This document shows positions 38,952 through 49,356 of a stretch of 64,000 nucleotides of DNA, piece after piece (positions within the stretch are counted from its first letter, which is position 1; every line of letters begins with the position of its first letter). The notes under the pieces were generated by a model that worked only from the letters and a program-made list of their open reading frames with translations, was not told where the DNA came from and searched no databases. The stretch is from Euryarchaeota archaeon UBA557. Its GTDB lineage: Archaea; Thermoplasmatota; Poseidoniia; Poseidoniales; Thalassarchaeaceae. The stretch lies in the NCBI GenBank assembly GCA_002503285.1, contig DARI01000013.1:8337-72336 (forward strand). Direction: 5' to 3'. A program made the translations under genes and the position numbers.

Positions 38952-40694
38952 ATGAGCAAAGATACTGATTGGGACTCCGGCATTAAGGATGTAGTTCGAA
39001 AATACGCCCTTCAAAATGCATTAGAATATAACGGAAATGGCAAACCCAGTAGTGTATTGGGCAGAATAATGTCTGAAAGGAAAGATTTACGAGCTTTGGC
39101 AAAAAAATTATCTTCGCTAATCGATTCTGAGGTAAGCATTGCTAATGAAATTGCTGCTAATGATGGCATAGAAAGTATAAAGAAAATATTAACAAAATTA
39201 AATCCGGATGCATTAGTTAGAAAGAAGCAAATTCGTAGAACTGGCTTACCAGATTTATTAGATACTGAAAATAAGAAAATCATATTAAGATTTGCCCCTA
39301 ATCCAAATGGCCCATTGACTTTAGGTCATTCAAGAGGAATTGTATTAAATTCTCAATTTGCTAAGAAATATAATGGAAAGGTTGTGTTGCGATTTGACGA
39401 TACTGATACAAAAGTAAAGCCACCGATGTTAGAAGCATACAAGTGGATAGAAGAGGAATACGAATGGATAAGTGGTTCACCTGCAGATATAGTAATACGA
39501 GCCAGTGAAAGAATGCCAATATACTTAGATTATGCAGAAAAAATGATTTCAAAAGGATTTGGGTATGTCTGTAGATGCAGTTCTGGAGAATTTAAAAAAC
39601 TGAGAGATGCGGGAGAAGTTAGTCCATACAGAAACAGAAGTATAGAGGAAAATCTGAATGATTGGAGTGCCATGTTGGATGGAAAAATGAAAGCTGGAGA
39701 GGGAGTAGTGAGAGTAAAAACTCCAACAGATCTCCCTAATCCTGCTCTAAGAGACTGGCCTGCATTAAGGATTCAACACGGTGAACACCCTATTGTTGGA
39801 AAAATGTATAAAGTATGGCCACTATTAGACTTCCAAAGTGCGATAGAAGATCATGAACAAAGAGTAACGCACATAATTCGTGGTAAAGATTTGATGGATA
39901 GCACCAGAAAGCAAAAATTATTGTATGAGCATTTTGGATGGGATTATCCAGAAACGATGTATTGGGGAAGAGTAAAAGTTTTTGAATTTGGCGGGTTCTC
40001 AACTTCAGGAATGAGAAAATCAATAATGGAAAGCGAATATTCAGGATGGGATGACTTAAGACTACCAACAATAAAATCATTAAGAAGAAGAGGTTTTGAT
40101 CCAAGTTCACTTAGATCTTTTTGGCTAGATCTCGGACTTACTCAAAAGGATATCTCAATTTCAATGCAGACTATTGAGTCATTTAATATTAAAAAAATTG
40201 ATCCGATAACGCCGAGGAGATTTTTTGTAAGGAATCCTATAAAATTAAAAATGTCTTGGAAGGGCAAAAATAAAAAATTTAATGATATATTAAAAATCCA
40301 AAATCATCCAAATAGCACTAATTTAGATGATGTTAGAAAATGGAGATTTAATGAATTTGAAGAAACTTTGTTTATTGAAAATAACGACTACATTAAATGG
40401 GATAAATTTAGGCTAAAGGATTTCGCAGATGTTTCTAAAATAGACAAACATTGCAAAGTAGAATCAATTGAAAGACAAGATAATCGACAAATCATACATT
40501 GGCTACTTGAATCAATTTCTAGAGAGGCCGTTTTACATATTCCTCAAGGCAATAACATAATGATCCACGAAGGCATAATAGAGAACTATAATTTAGAAGA
40601 AGGGAAAATATATCAATTCGAAAGGGTGGGTTTTGCCAAGATAGAAAATATAACTCCAGGTAAACCAATAAAATTAATTTGGCTCCATAGTTAA
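38952..40694 (+). CDS. gltX: Glutamate--tRNA ligase (archaeal/eukaryal type)
   Basis: RFAPNPNGPLTLGHSRG is the class I HIGH region, followed by VLRFDDTD and THIIRGKD. The length is 580 aa. Confidence 0.9.
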   Translation: MSKDTDWDSGIKDVVRKYALQNALEYNGNGKPSSVLGRIMSERKDLRALAKKLSSLIDSEVSIANEIAANDGIESIKKILTKLNPDALVRKKQIRRTGLPDLLDTENKKIILRFAPNPNGPLTLGHSRGIVLNSQFAKKYNGKVVLRFDDTDTKVKPPMLEAYKWIEEEYEWISGSPADIVIRASERMPIYLDYAEKMISKGFGYVCRCSSGEFKKLRDAGEVSPYRNRSIEENLNDWSAMLDGKMKAGEGVVRVKTPTDLPNPALRDWPALRIQHGEHPIVGKMYKVWPLLDFQSAIEDHEQRVTHIIRGKDLMDSTRKQKLLYEHFGWDYPETMYWGRVKVFEFGGFSTSGMRKSIMESEYSGWDDLRLPTIKSLRRRGFDPSSLRSFWLDLGLTQKDISISMQTIESFNIKKIDPITPRRFFVRNPIKLKMSWKGKNKKFNDILKIQNHPNSTNLDDVRKWRFNEFEETLFIENNDYIKWDKFRLKDFADVSKIDKHCKVESIERQDNRQIIHWLLESISREAVLHIPQGNNIMIHEGIIENYNLEEGKIYQFERVGFAKIENITPGKPIKLIWLHS

Positions 40695-40753
40695 TAAAAT
40701 TACCATTTAGGATTGTATATTTTATTAATCTTATAAGCGGCGCATTCAAACAC

Positions 40754-42778
40754 GTGATATCAATCAGATGGCAAATGACGCTACGAGATAGGGCCAATGC
40801 ATTTATTTTGGCATCACTAATTACAATGATAATTTTTATGCCAATGGCCGTTCAAAGTCAAATTTCCGAAGAATGTTGCAAACAACGAGAATTTGAATTA
40901 TTTTTAATTGGTGAACCTGATGATGGAATATTAACACCATTCTATTCTGAGCTAAATACAGAAGAAGTTGAAGTTGAAGTTACATCATCAATAGGAGGAG
41001 AAGTTAAGATTGCGACATGGGATGTAACTTGGAGGATCGAGGGAGAATATCTCTCAGAAACTTGGGAATTTTCCATACCATACAGGTTACAAGGAGCAGC
41101 CGGTTTTACGCTTAATGCCACATTAGAAGTAAAAATTGGTGGCGATACATACGAAGGGTCAATTCCGACGCCTGAAATATTATTGACTGGAGAAGGTAAT
41201 TTGGAGATACCGGTAGAAGTTGCACAAGGCGATATATCGGAAGGAGATTTAGTAGAAATTACTCTAAGTGTACAGAATTTGGTATTTACAAGCCCTGGTG
41301 AAGATACTGGAGTATTCTTTGTTTGGGGATCAGAAGAATATGATGCTAGCATAAGGGTGAAATTGCCACTCTTAGAAATTTTGATTAAAGACCCGAGTGT
41401 AACTGGTAATTTAGTTTATCTTCCTGTTATGATAAAGTCAGGATTTGAGGGCGACATGTGGTCAAAATCTAATGGGATTGCCAAAGTCCAAAATATAGAG
41501 ATAGGCGAAAGCCCCATAGCGATACTAAGAGATATTGGCGTAGAAGTAACATTTGTTTGGGAAGTTCCGGTCAACTCTGATGGAATTATTAAATTTGAAT
41601 TTGAATTAATCCCTCAACCAGGATTAATTATTAGTTCAAATAAGACTCATGAGATAGTAGTTGGGGAAGATAGTGGACCTGGTGATTGGTACCCAGAGAA
41701 TGAGCCATTGAGAGATGGAGGATCTACAATTGAAGTTGATATCGATACGAAATTTAAGGGAAATTCGATAGAAAAACAAATTTCAATAGAATTTGATGGG
41801 GCAATGTCACAATGGATTAGATGGGGATTGGACAATATTGGAAATAGCACATTAGATTCCAATAGTTGGTGGAAGAATCTTAATTCATATTCTGATTCCA
41901 TAAAATCTACTGAAAAACATAATGGTAAAGTTGATGATTCCGAAATTAGAGCACTAAAAAACCATCTGATAGGCTCTAGATCAGACCTTAGATCATTTTT
42001 TGCAAATGGCCTATACCTAGAGATTGAGTCAATAATTGGCATAAATCCCATAGATTTAGGTCCTACAGAAATAAATATCAATATGGGTGCAACTAGAGCA
42101 TTTAGTTCGGAAGAAATGATAATAACGATTGAGACTTCTTATGCTATTGAAGAAAATCAAAGGCAAATATTAGTTGAGAACTTTATTAGGCCATCATCCG
42201 AACAAATCTGGGATGAAGTTTCTTTGAACATTATGTTCAAAACTAATATGTTGACTGGCATGGGAGACATATATGCAGATGAAATAGACTATAAACTGAG
42301 AAGATGGATAATCATGGAATCAATTAGTATTACTGAAGAAGACATTGATACCGAAATTGAATTCAGAATTGAGTTTGTACCGCCTAGTTCAATTATATTT
42401 AGCCCCCTTGTATCTGCAATGATTTCTGTACTGGCATTATCAGTCGCTTTAGTAATAGGAATGGCCCTAACAAAAAGAAGAGCGAGAGTTCCTACTATGA
42501 TTACAGTATTAGTCTTAGGAGCCTTAGCATTTACAATTTATTGGATGGGGTTACCTTTGCAAATAGTATTAGGAATAGTTTCAACTAGCGTTTTATTAGT
42601 ATTTCCAATCTCATTGGTATCACCAACCTCAAAAACTATTGAAAAAATAACTAATAATGTTGGAGGACCTTATGTCAAATGTCCATCTTGCGGTATTTCT
42701 AATCAAGTTCAGTCTACGGTGAGGCCATTAAGAATACCATGTTCGGAATGTAATAGTATTTTAAGAATTGAAAATTAA
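40754..42778 (+). CDS. Large exported protein with C-terminal TM helices and a cytoplasmic zinc ribbon, function unknown
   Basis: The signal peptide follows the ATG at 40775 (MTLRDRANAFILASLITMIIFMPMAVQSQ). A ~520-aa ectodomain and three hydrophobic helices follow. The protein ends with CPSCG...x17...CSECN. Confidence 0.6.
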   Translation: MISIRWQMTLRDRANAFILASLITMIIFMPMAVQSQISEECCKQREFELFLIGEPDDGILTPFYSELNTEEVEVEVTSSIGGEVKIATWDVTWRIEGEYLSETWEFSIPYRLQGAAGFTLNATLEVKIGGDTYEGSIPTPEILLTGEGNLEIPVEVAQGDISEGDLVEITLSVQNLVFTSPGEDTGVFFVWGSEEYDASIRVKLPLLEILIKDPSVTGNLVYLPVMIKSGFEGDMWSKSNGIAKVQNIEIGESPIAILRDIGVEVTFVWEVPVNSDGIIKFEFELIPQPGLIISSNKTHEIVVGEDSGPGDWYPENEPLRDGGSTIEVDIDTKFKGNSIEKQISIEFDGAMSQWIRWGLDNIGNSTLDSNSWWKNLNSYSDSIKSTEKHNGKVDDSEIRALKNHLIGSRSDLRSFFANGLYLEIESIIGINPIDLGPTEININMGATRAFSSEEMIITIETSYAIEENQRQILVENFIRPSSEQIWDEVSLNIMFKTNMLTGMGDIYADEIDYKLRRWIIMESISITEEDIDTEIEFRIEFVPPSSIIFSPLVSAMISVLALSVALVIGMALTKRRARVPTMITVLVLGALAFTIYWMGLPLQIVLGIVSTSVLLVFPISLVSPTSKTIEKITNNVGGPYVKCPSCGISNQVQSTVRPLRIPCSECNSILRIEN

Positions 42779-43635
42779 TTTATAATTCCGTATTTTAATA
42801 AAGAATTCATTAGGTTTTCTGATAATGAATATTCATCATCGAAGTCCCATTTATCTAACTGATAATTTAATTGGCCTACCATATCAGTTTCCCAACCTGG
42901 TGCTACAATACAATTCCAAATTATTTCCTCTACACGTGCAGTAGAAGGTAGATTTTTCGTTAATACTGGTTTAGCCAATAATGATAAAGATTCTTCCTTC
43001 ATAGCAATATTCATATCATTCCATGATGAAGATAAAGATTTTAAATAACTCACATCAATCCAATTAAAATTTTTTAAATTTGGATTTTTTACTTCTGTTA
43101 TAGGTAATATACGGATGCTCCCTTCTTTTTTTAATATATTTTTTAATTTTAAAAATACAGGATCATAGGTATTGTCAAGTGAGTCATCTAACCAGTTGCC
43201 CGATAATATCCACGGGCGTAACCTGCGTAATCTTATGCTATTAGGGCATATTTCATTAGCTAATGCATGCGACTGTGCTATTGCGGTTAGAGGTCCTTTT
43301 TTGGAATCTCCATCTGAACCAGTTAGTCCTTCAACAATTGAATCTGAGAGGAATAATGAATTATTATCATTATTTAGATATGGACCAATTTGATCATTTG
43401 AATTCACCACATTTATGGAAGGATAATTTTGATTAGGTTCATTTACAAATCTTCTCCTATAGGGAATATTAGAATCTAATAAGGCGGCCTCAATTGGGGC
43501 AAGGGCTAAACAGCCACGGATACTAGGTTGGGATGTAATAAGAATAGTATTGTTAGATTCTTTAATATCTTGACTGAATTTTATAAATATTTCAGAAACA
43601 TCTGAGAAAACTACATCATCCAATAAGTTCTCCAT
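42775..43635 (-). CDS. Hypothetical protein, possibly a degenerate (catalytically inactive) DHH/RecJ-Cdc45-like protein
   Basis: The 286-aa ORF lies 44 nt downstream of rps15 on the same strand. Its N-terminus, NTILITSQPSIRGCLALAPIEAALLDSNIPY, occupies the position of DHH motifs I-II but lacks the acidic and His residues. The assignment rests mainly on synteny. Confidence 0.45.
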   Translation of the reverse strand: MENLLDDVVFSDVSEIFIKFSQDIKESNNTILITSQPSIRGCLALAPIEAALLDSNIPYRRRFVNEPNQNYPSINVVNSNDQIGPYLNNDNNSLFLSDSIVEGLTGSDGDSKKGPLTAIAQSHALANEICPNSIRLRRLRPWILSGNWLDDSLDNTYDPVFLKLKNILKKEGSIRILPITEVKNPNLKNFNWIDVSYLKSLSSSWNDMNIAMKEESLSLLAKPVLTKNLPSTARVEEIIWNCIVAPGWETDMVGQLNYQLDKWDFDDEYSLSENLMNSLLKYGIIN

Positions 43636-43679
43636 AAGCGGGCTGAAATAGGTTAGGCGTTCAAGCCTTCTGCTTATAA

Positions 43680-44135
43680 TTACTCAACCATTAATCTTAG
43701 TTGATCTCTTTTATATGTCCAAGTTTCAAGAATATTTCCATTTCCCTTGTAATATCTAGCTAATCTACGTATTTTTGATTCGCATAATTCTAATTGTCTA
43801 CGATTATGAATATCTTTTTTGTTTGAATTTAAATGATCAATTAGCCTTAATGCTCTACGCATGAGGTTCATCATATCTTCAGGATAAGATGGTACAATAT
43901 TGTTCCTAGTAAGAGTTTGGGAGATTCTTTCACCTGTTACTAAACGAGCATCGGGGACTGCATATCTATCTCTAAGAATCGTTCCAATAACTGCTGTTGA
44001 ATTACCTTCTTTTGAGAGAGTTAAAATTAATTCCTCAACTTCTTCTTTATTATCATTAGACCAAACAGGAGGCATTTTAGAATTGGGCTTGTTTGAGCCA
44101 CTACTTCCTTTCCCTTTACTATGCATACGTGCCAC
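43680..44135 (-). CDS. rps15: 30S ribosomal protein uS15 (S15P/S13e)
   Basis: (M)ARMHSKGKGSSGSNKP... is the typical archaeal uS15 N-terminus. The start is GTG, preceded by GAGGTGA. The product is 151 aa. Confidence 0.9.
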   Translation of the reverse strand: MARMHSKGKGSSGSNKPNSKMPPVWSNDNKEEVEELILTLSKEGNSTAVIGTILRDRYAVPDARLVTGERISQTLTRNNIVPSYPEDMMNLMRRALRLIDHLNSNKKDIHNRRQLELCESKIRRLARYYKGNGNILETWTYKRDQLRLMVE

Positions 44136-44211
44136 TCATAATCACCTCTGACAGCCATGCGACTAACCCACCCTCTTTAATCGCTACGTAAGATTTTTGT
44201 AAGAATTCGAT

Positions 44212-46092
44212 TCAAAGACGATGTTGGGCCCTTCCCAATCGACCTGGGCCATTTGGCCACTCCCATCCAGGTGCATCTGCTCTAGCCGAGCCAATTAACA
44301 GATTATTCTGATACACTAAAACTTCATCACCACGTCTGATATCGCCCTCTATTGATTCGACATTTGTGGAAAATAAATCGCCTTTCCAAATATGATCATT
44401 GCGTAAATAAACTCTAGATAGGGTGCCATATTTATCCAAAATTGGTAAACAAGATTTTGAAAATGCGAATCTAGCGCTTCTGGGATTCCATTGTGCAAGT
44501 TGAATACCATTATTTTTAATTGTAAAAATCGGAGGTCTGCCCTCTACAGATGTATCATTTAACCATAAATCACATCCATGCTGAAACCTAGAGAGAGATT
44601 TTAGCTTTTCTAATCTGTGCAAACTTTCTTTCATCTTAGGAATATTAAAATCCAATATTGCATTATCTATCTCAATAGATAGATTAGATAATGATTCTGA
44701 GCAGCCTGCAGATAGTCCTTTTCTAGTATCTTTAATATCAATCCCTTCTATTTCAATTTTAATTCCGGAATGATTTATTATTCGAGAATAATTTGTTCTA
44801 TTAGATATTTTCTTAACCATATTTTTTATTATATATATTTCGTCTTTATCCCAATCTCCAGTAACAGGAATATCATAATTACCCGCTGGCCAAATATCCT
44901 CTAATTCCCTCGGAACTAACCCTAATGGGGCAGTAACAATGACTTCATGAACTCCTCTTGTATTGATTGATTTAGCGAATCTTTGATGACTTTGGGATAA
45001 ACGATATGGTTTCATTGCTGAGCAAGGTAGCAATAGTAATACATTGGTTTGATGATTAGGGGGGGTATGAAAATTTGAAACCCTATTGTGCCAATCTTGG
45101 ATTAAGGCATCAGAACGGCTGGTGAAAGAATTACATCGCAGAGTAGCGGAATTTCCTAATACCCTAGACAAACCAGACCTACCTCCTCCTAATTCTCTCA
45201 TTTTGAGGTCATGGAGCCTTAAATGTTCAACAGATTTTGAACTTGAAGTGCTTTGCATTTCAGCTAATTCCCTTAGTGAACCTTCACGAATTGCAGCTCT
45301 TGTTGCAGAGATTGATCTCTTCCACTCTGCACATTGGGCATCCATATCGGAACTTTCACTAACAGTATAATCAATTTCTCTTGGCCCTAGGGTCGACAAT
45401 AAAACACCGATTGCAGAAGCGCTTCTTGACCTAGATAAGTCAAATAAATCTATTCCCATCCATGTAAGTAGAGCGCAATTATCAGGACCAGCGATACCTG
45501 GGGTCCAAATTAAAGAAGAAGGAAATTTTGTCCTTATTGTGTCTATAGCATCGATTAGCAACCCTTGATTCTTCACTAATTGAGGAGAATCTACCAAAAC
45601 GACTATTGATGGTTCTAAATTTTTATCATTTAATTTTATGTCATGATGTAAGGATTGCCAGGAGACAAGTAGGACTTCTTCTCCTTCGCTGAATGTACCG
45701 GAATCTGATTCTGCAAGGCTAGGAGGAAGTACTAATCCTTCCATTGATGTCCATGTATCTGGAGTATCAAATGGGAAGCAGAAATTACCACGTGTAGATA
45801 TCGAGATATTTGCAGGGATTGAAGAAGAGTTTCTTCTCGAACTAAAGGGCGCAATTGAAATAGGTAATTCTGGATCATTTATGCCAAGTACAATTCCCGG
45901 CGTCCAAGATGATGGGTTTTTCCTGTCACCGAGGGAAAAAATACGAGAAAAACGTTGCCTAGATTCTACTCCGCGAGCTAAAGGCCTACCATCCATATGG
46001 TTGACGAGTGATGCATTTCGCTTGAAGGATTCTAATGTGAGGGAGGTTTGGGTTAATCGTGCGAAGCATAATTGTATTGCTAACTTTGGCAA
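44212..46092 (-). CDS. arcS: Archaeosine synthase ArcS (TgtA2-type, with a C-terminal PUA domain)
   Basis: LLLLPCSAMKPYRLSQSHQRF matches the ArcS PC-x3-KPY-x2-S-x2-H motif. The C-terminus is PUA-like (GDIRRGDEVLVYQNNLLIGSARA). The likely start is the internal ATG at 45996 (MDGRPLARG...), which removes the overlap with the divergent gene at 46059. Confidence 0.8.
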   Translation of the reverse strand: MPKLAIQLCFARLTQTSLTLESFKRNASLVNHMDGRPLARGVESRQRFSRIFSLGDRKNPSSWTPGIVLGINDPELPISIAPFSSRRNSSSIPANISISTRGNFCFPFDTPDTWTSMEGLVLPPSLAESDSGTFSEGEEVLLVSWQSLHHDIKLNDKNLEPSIVVLVDSPQLVKNQGLLIDAIDTIRTKFPSSLIWTPGIAGPDNCALLTWMGIDLFDLSRSRSASAIGVLLSTLGPREIDYTVSESSDMDAQCAEWKRSISATRAAIREGSLRELAEMQSTSSSKSVEHLRLHDLKMRELGGGRSGLSRVLGNSATLRCNSFTSRSDALIQDWHNRVSNFHTPPNHQTNVLLLLPCSAMKPYRLSQSHQRFAKSINTRGVHEVIVTAPLGLVPRELEDIWPAGNYDIPVTGDWDKDEIYIIKNMVKKISNRTNYSRIINHSGIKIEIEGIDIKDTRKGLSAGCSESLSNLSIEIDNAILDFNIPKMKESLHRLEKLKSLSRFQHGCDLWLNDTSVEGRPPIFTIKNNGIQLAQWNPRSARFAFSKSCLPILDKYGTLSRVYLRNDHIWKGDLFSTNVESIEGDIRRGDEVLVYQNNLLIGSARADAPGWEWPNGPGRLGRAQHRL

Positions 46093-48152
46093 TTTTATTT
46101 CTAATGAATGTTAGTCCAATCATAAGTGCTCAATCAACAAACATCAATATCTTGATAGATGAAAATGTAGAAATTGAAGGACCAGTTACAATTGAGTATA
46201 CTTGTAATTTAATAGCATGCATGGAGCTTGAATTAAAAGTCATTAATAATGGAATTTACACTAATAAGTCTGATTCTCACAGAGTTTCTTGGTCCGGATT
46301 GGTTAATGGTAGCTTTTCATGGCAGGTTTATGCTGAAGCAGGGATAGGCGAGGAGGATATTACTAGTAAAATAATAATAGATGATAATGGCACAATTGAG
46401 ATGTCAGATTTAACAGATAATATTATTTTTAATGCGGAAAATTACGGAGATTATTTTTATCATGCTTCGCCATGTCAAATGGATAGTTGCAATAATCTAG
46501 ATAATATTAATGAGGGGATGAAATTTACAGGAGCATTGGATTCAAATATAGATAAAGATGCAATAAAATTACTAGGTAGTGAAGGCGATATTATCCTGAT
46601 TAAAAACATAATATTTGCTCATGACATCAATATAGAATTATGGAGTGTTTTACCAGAAAGTAAAACAATTATTACAGATTTTTCGAATTATATTTATGAA
46701 GATTATTATTTGGAATATCCAGAGGGGGAACTTTGGTTAAAGCTAATTCCTAGAAATGAAATTGGATATACACCTTATCAATTTGAAGTGATTTACTATG
46801 ACTCGAATAATGAATCACCAGATAATATGGAATTAAACAATCCTTGGAATCATGGAGCATCATTATTATTTGGAAATTTTTATCGTGGCCAAATTGCTGC
46901 TTCTGATATTGAGGGCGATTCAATATTAATTAATGCAGGCGCAAAAATGGAAATTATTCCAATTTGTCAATTTAGTAATTATGTAAATATTGAAATATTT
47001 TTTCATGAGAATGATAATAACATATTAGAATACCTGACAAATATTAAAATTTGCCCTGATAAAATTTATACAAGTAAAGATACACAATCAATAGAATTCA
47101 GAATTAAATCTAATTTAACAACAGCATGGGAGATAGGCATTTATTCAAATAAAAATGGTGATGGAGGAGATTTAGGTGATGCACCTGATTACATATGGGA
47201 AAATGGAAAAATTGATGATAATTGGGTAATAATAAATGATAATAACACTGAATATAATGGCCATTTGGGAATAAATGATGATATAGATATATACGGATTG
47301 ATGGTAAAGCACGAAAACGGCTCTCATATTTATTTTAATGATTCTATAGGAGATATTTCCATACATATAGTTATTTTAGATCAAAAAACAGGAATAATTG
47401 TAAATTATACAAATGGAACTGAAATTATAGCACCGAAGGGGATACATGCAATACGGATTGAAAAAAATAATGGTGAGTCAGGAGAAGTAAATTATCAATT
47501 TATGAGCCCAGAGTTTGTAGAATACCGTCCTGAAAATATAAAATTAGAAGATCTATCAAGTATGTTTACAAATTTCTATATTTTTGTAGGCATCATGTTT
47601 TTAACTCCAATGATGATAGTACTATGGTGGAATAGAAACGATATAAAAGGTAAATACGAAATTAATTCAATTGAGCAACATGAACTTAAAAGATTAGAAA
47701 AATTACGAAAAAGAATATCTAATGGCGTAGATCAAGAAGTAATAATTTCATCATTACATCAACTTGGAGATAGCCCTTGGAAATCCGTAATTCAGGAATG
47801 TGGAAATCCTCTGATTAGACATATGACCGAACAAATAGAAGTTTGTATATGGAAAATTGAAGGGAGTAAGTCAAATATTTTAGTAGGTATTAAACCATAT
47901 AAGAATATTTGGAAAATGGCTGCTATTCGAATATTTGCATCAGAAGGTCCGCCCATAGAGATCAAAGAAGTTACCCCTCAAATGATATTTCAAGAGGATG
48001 AGATTTTTCTCGAGACTTTGGAAATTGGAAAGAGCGTATTCATAAAAATTTCATTTATTGATGAGCCTAAAAATATAGATTTCCAAATATCAGGAGTCGT
48101 CAATAATGTACCACTAGCTGCTACTTCTTCAAGAGCAATCTCATTCGATTAA
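46059..48152 (+). CDS. Exported protein with PPC-like (pre-peptidase C-terminal type) domains, one TM and a ~170-aa cytoplasmic domain
   Basis: The GTG start gives a good signal peptide (RSIIVLLTLAILFLMNVSPIISAQS). There are two D.D.Y/I-type PPC-like segments (DKDAIKLLGSEGDIILI, DDIDIYGLMVKHENGSHIYF). The TM is FYIFVGIMFLTPMMIVLWW. Confidence 0.6.
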   Translation: MRSIIVLLTLAILFLMNVSPIISAQSTNINILIDENVEIEGPVTIEYTCNLIACMELELKVINNGIYTNKSDSHRVSWSGLVNGSFSWQVYAEAGIGEEDITSKIIIDDNGTIEMSDLTDNIIFNAENYGDYFYHASPCQMDSCNNLDNINEGMKFTGALDSNIDKDAIKLLGSEGDIILIKNIIFAHDINIELWSVLPESKTIITDFSNYIYEDYYLEYPEGELWLKLIPRNEIGYTPYQFEVIYYDSNNESPDNMELNNPWNHGASLLFGNFYRGQIAASDIEGDSILINAGAKMEIIPICQFSNYVNIEIFFHENDNNILEYLTNIKICPDKIYTSKDTQSIEFRIKSNLTTAWEIGIYSNKNGDGGDLGDAPDYIWENGKIDDNWVIINDNNTEYNGHLGINDDIDIYGLMVKHENGSHIYFNDSIGDISIHIVILDQKTGIIVNYTNGTEIIAPKGIHAIRIEKNNGESGEVNYQFMSPEFVEYRPENIKLEDLSSMFTNFYIFVGIMFLTPMMIVLWWNRNDIKGKYEINSIEQHELKRLEKLRKRISNGVDQEVIISSLHQLGDSPWKSVIQECGNPLIRHMTEQIEVCIWKIEGSKSNILVGIKPYKNIWKMAAIRIFASEGPPIEIKEVTPQMIFQEDEIFLETLEIGKSVFIKISFIDEPKNIDFQISGVVNNVPLAATSSRAISFD

Positions 48153-48161
48153 GAAAAATAA

Positions 48162-49307
48162 TTAATTTCCCCTTCTTTTATTTGCTTCGTCGATTATGCT
48201 ATCTTCTAGCGTTAAAGATTGATTCGTAATATTTTCTCTTAAATTGATTAATTGTTTTTTAAGAGATTTTGAAATCTTTTTTGGGATATCTAATTTCAGC
48301 AATACCGTAACTGAGCCTCTGCCCCTACTAGAACGCATGGAAGGCAATCCTCTAGAATGTATAGATATTGTATCGCCTGGTTTAGATAATGGCGGTACTT
48401 TAATTTTCAAATTCTTCCCATCTATATGTTCTATCTCAATAACTGTGCCCAATAATAAATCTGAATAATTTACAGGTAGGGCCATTAAAATATCTGCATC
48501 ATCTCTTTCGAACCAAGGATGTTCTTCAATTTCAATTTCTATATAGAGATTACCAGCAATTCCATTTTTTCCTCTTGCTGCTTCCCCTTGGCCCGCTATT
48601 TTTATACGATTACCACTAGAGATTCCTGGAGGTACTGTAAATTTTATTTTCTTTGATTGATTATATCTTCCTTCTCCGTTACAGGAATTACATGGATTGG
48701 TAACAATCACCCCTATTCCATTACAGGATGGGCAATCTGAAACGACTTGTTGAGCAAATGGGCCAACTCGTTCAACTCTTTGCACCCTGCCTCTGCCATT
48801 ACAAGAAGGACAAGATTTTGTACCATCAGGATTTTTAGAGCCTAATCCATTACATTTTAAACATGCAGATAATGATTCAATTTCTAATTCATCATCATAA
48901 CCGTCTATTATAGCTGTAAAAGGTACAATATGCCTAATTAATAAATCTCCACCTCTATTGTTACGATTGGGTCTCGAGTTACCAAATATTTGTCCAAATA
49001 TACTCTCAATTCCCCCGCCAAATAGATCATCAATATTGATATTTACGCCTTGAAAACCTCCAGGGCCAAATGGTGAGCCCCCTGGCCTGTTATGCCCATA
49101 TCTATCATATTTTGATTTTTCATTAGGTTCAGAAAGTATTGCATATGCTTCTTGAATTTCTTTGAATTTATTTTCTGCCTCTGGATTATCTGGATTTTTA
49201 TCGGGATGATATTTACGTGCTAAACTTCTGAAAGATTTTTTAATCTCGGAATCACTAGCATCTTTAGAAATTTCAAGAATTTCATAATAATCACGCTTAT
49301 TCGCCAT
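48162..49307 (-). CDS. dnaJ: Chaperone DnaJ (type I Hsp40)
   Basis: The J domain reads DYYEILEISKDASDSEIKKSFRSLARKYHPDKNP. A G/F-rich linker follows, then four CxxCxGxG repeats (CLKCNGLG, CPSCNGRG, CPSCNGIG, CNSCNGEG). Confidence 0.9.
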   Translation of the reverse strand: MANKRDYYEILEISKDASDSEIKKSFRSLARKYHPDKNPDNPEAENKFKEIQEAYAILSEPNEKSKYDRYGHNRPGGSPFGPGGFQGVNINIDDLFGGGIESIFGQIFGNSRPNRNNRGGDLLIRHIVPFTAIIDGYDDELEIESLSACLKCNGLGSKNPDGTKSCPSCNGRGRVQRVERVGPFAQQVVSDCPSCNGIGVIVTNPCNSCNGEGRYNQSKKIKFTVPPGISSGNRIKIAGQGEAARGKNGIAGNLYIEIEIEEHPWFERDDADILMALPVNYSDLLLGTVIEIEHIDGKNLKIKVPPLSKPGDTISIHSRGLPSMRSSRGRGSVTVLLKLDIPKKISKSLKKQLINLRENITNQSLTLEDSIIDEANKRRGN

Positions 49308-49356
49308 AACCTACTCAACCCTCCGACTCATAGTGACTTTTTTCAACCGTTCCCCT

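Noticed and set aside
28635-42081. Assorted antisense ORFs inside large genes (28635-28835, 28721-29128, 32546-33109, 34855-35106, 35278-35865, 36947-37201, 39011-39283, 40942-41352, 41647-42081 and others)
   Set aside because: Each is embedded opposite a longer ORF with identifiable domains. Their products are biased, low-complexity sequences typical of shadow frames in AT-rich DNA.
45997-46092. Apparent 34-nt overlap between the 5' ends of the divergent arcS and 46059-48152 ORFs
   Set aside because: This is an artefact of maximal-ORF calling. ArcS most likely starts at the internal ATG at 45996 (MDGRPLARG, matching the TGT-family N-terminus), which removes the overlap.
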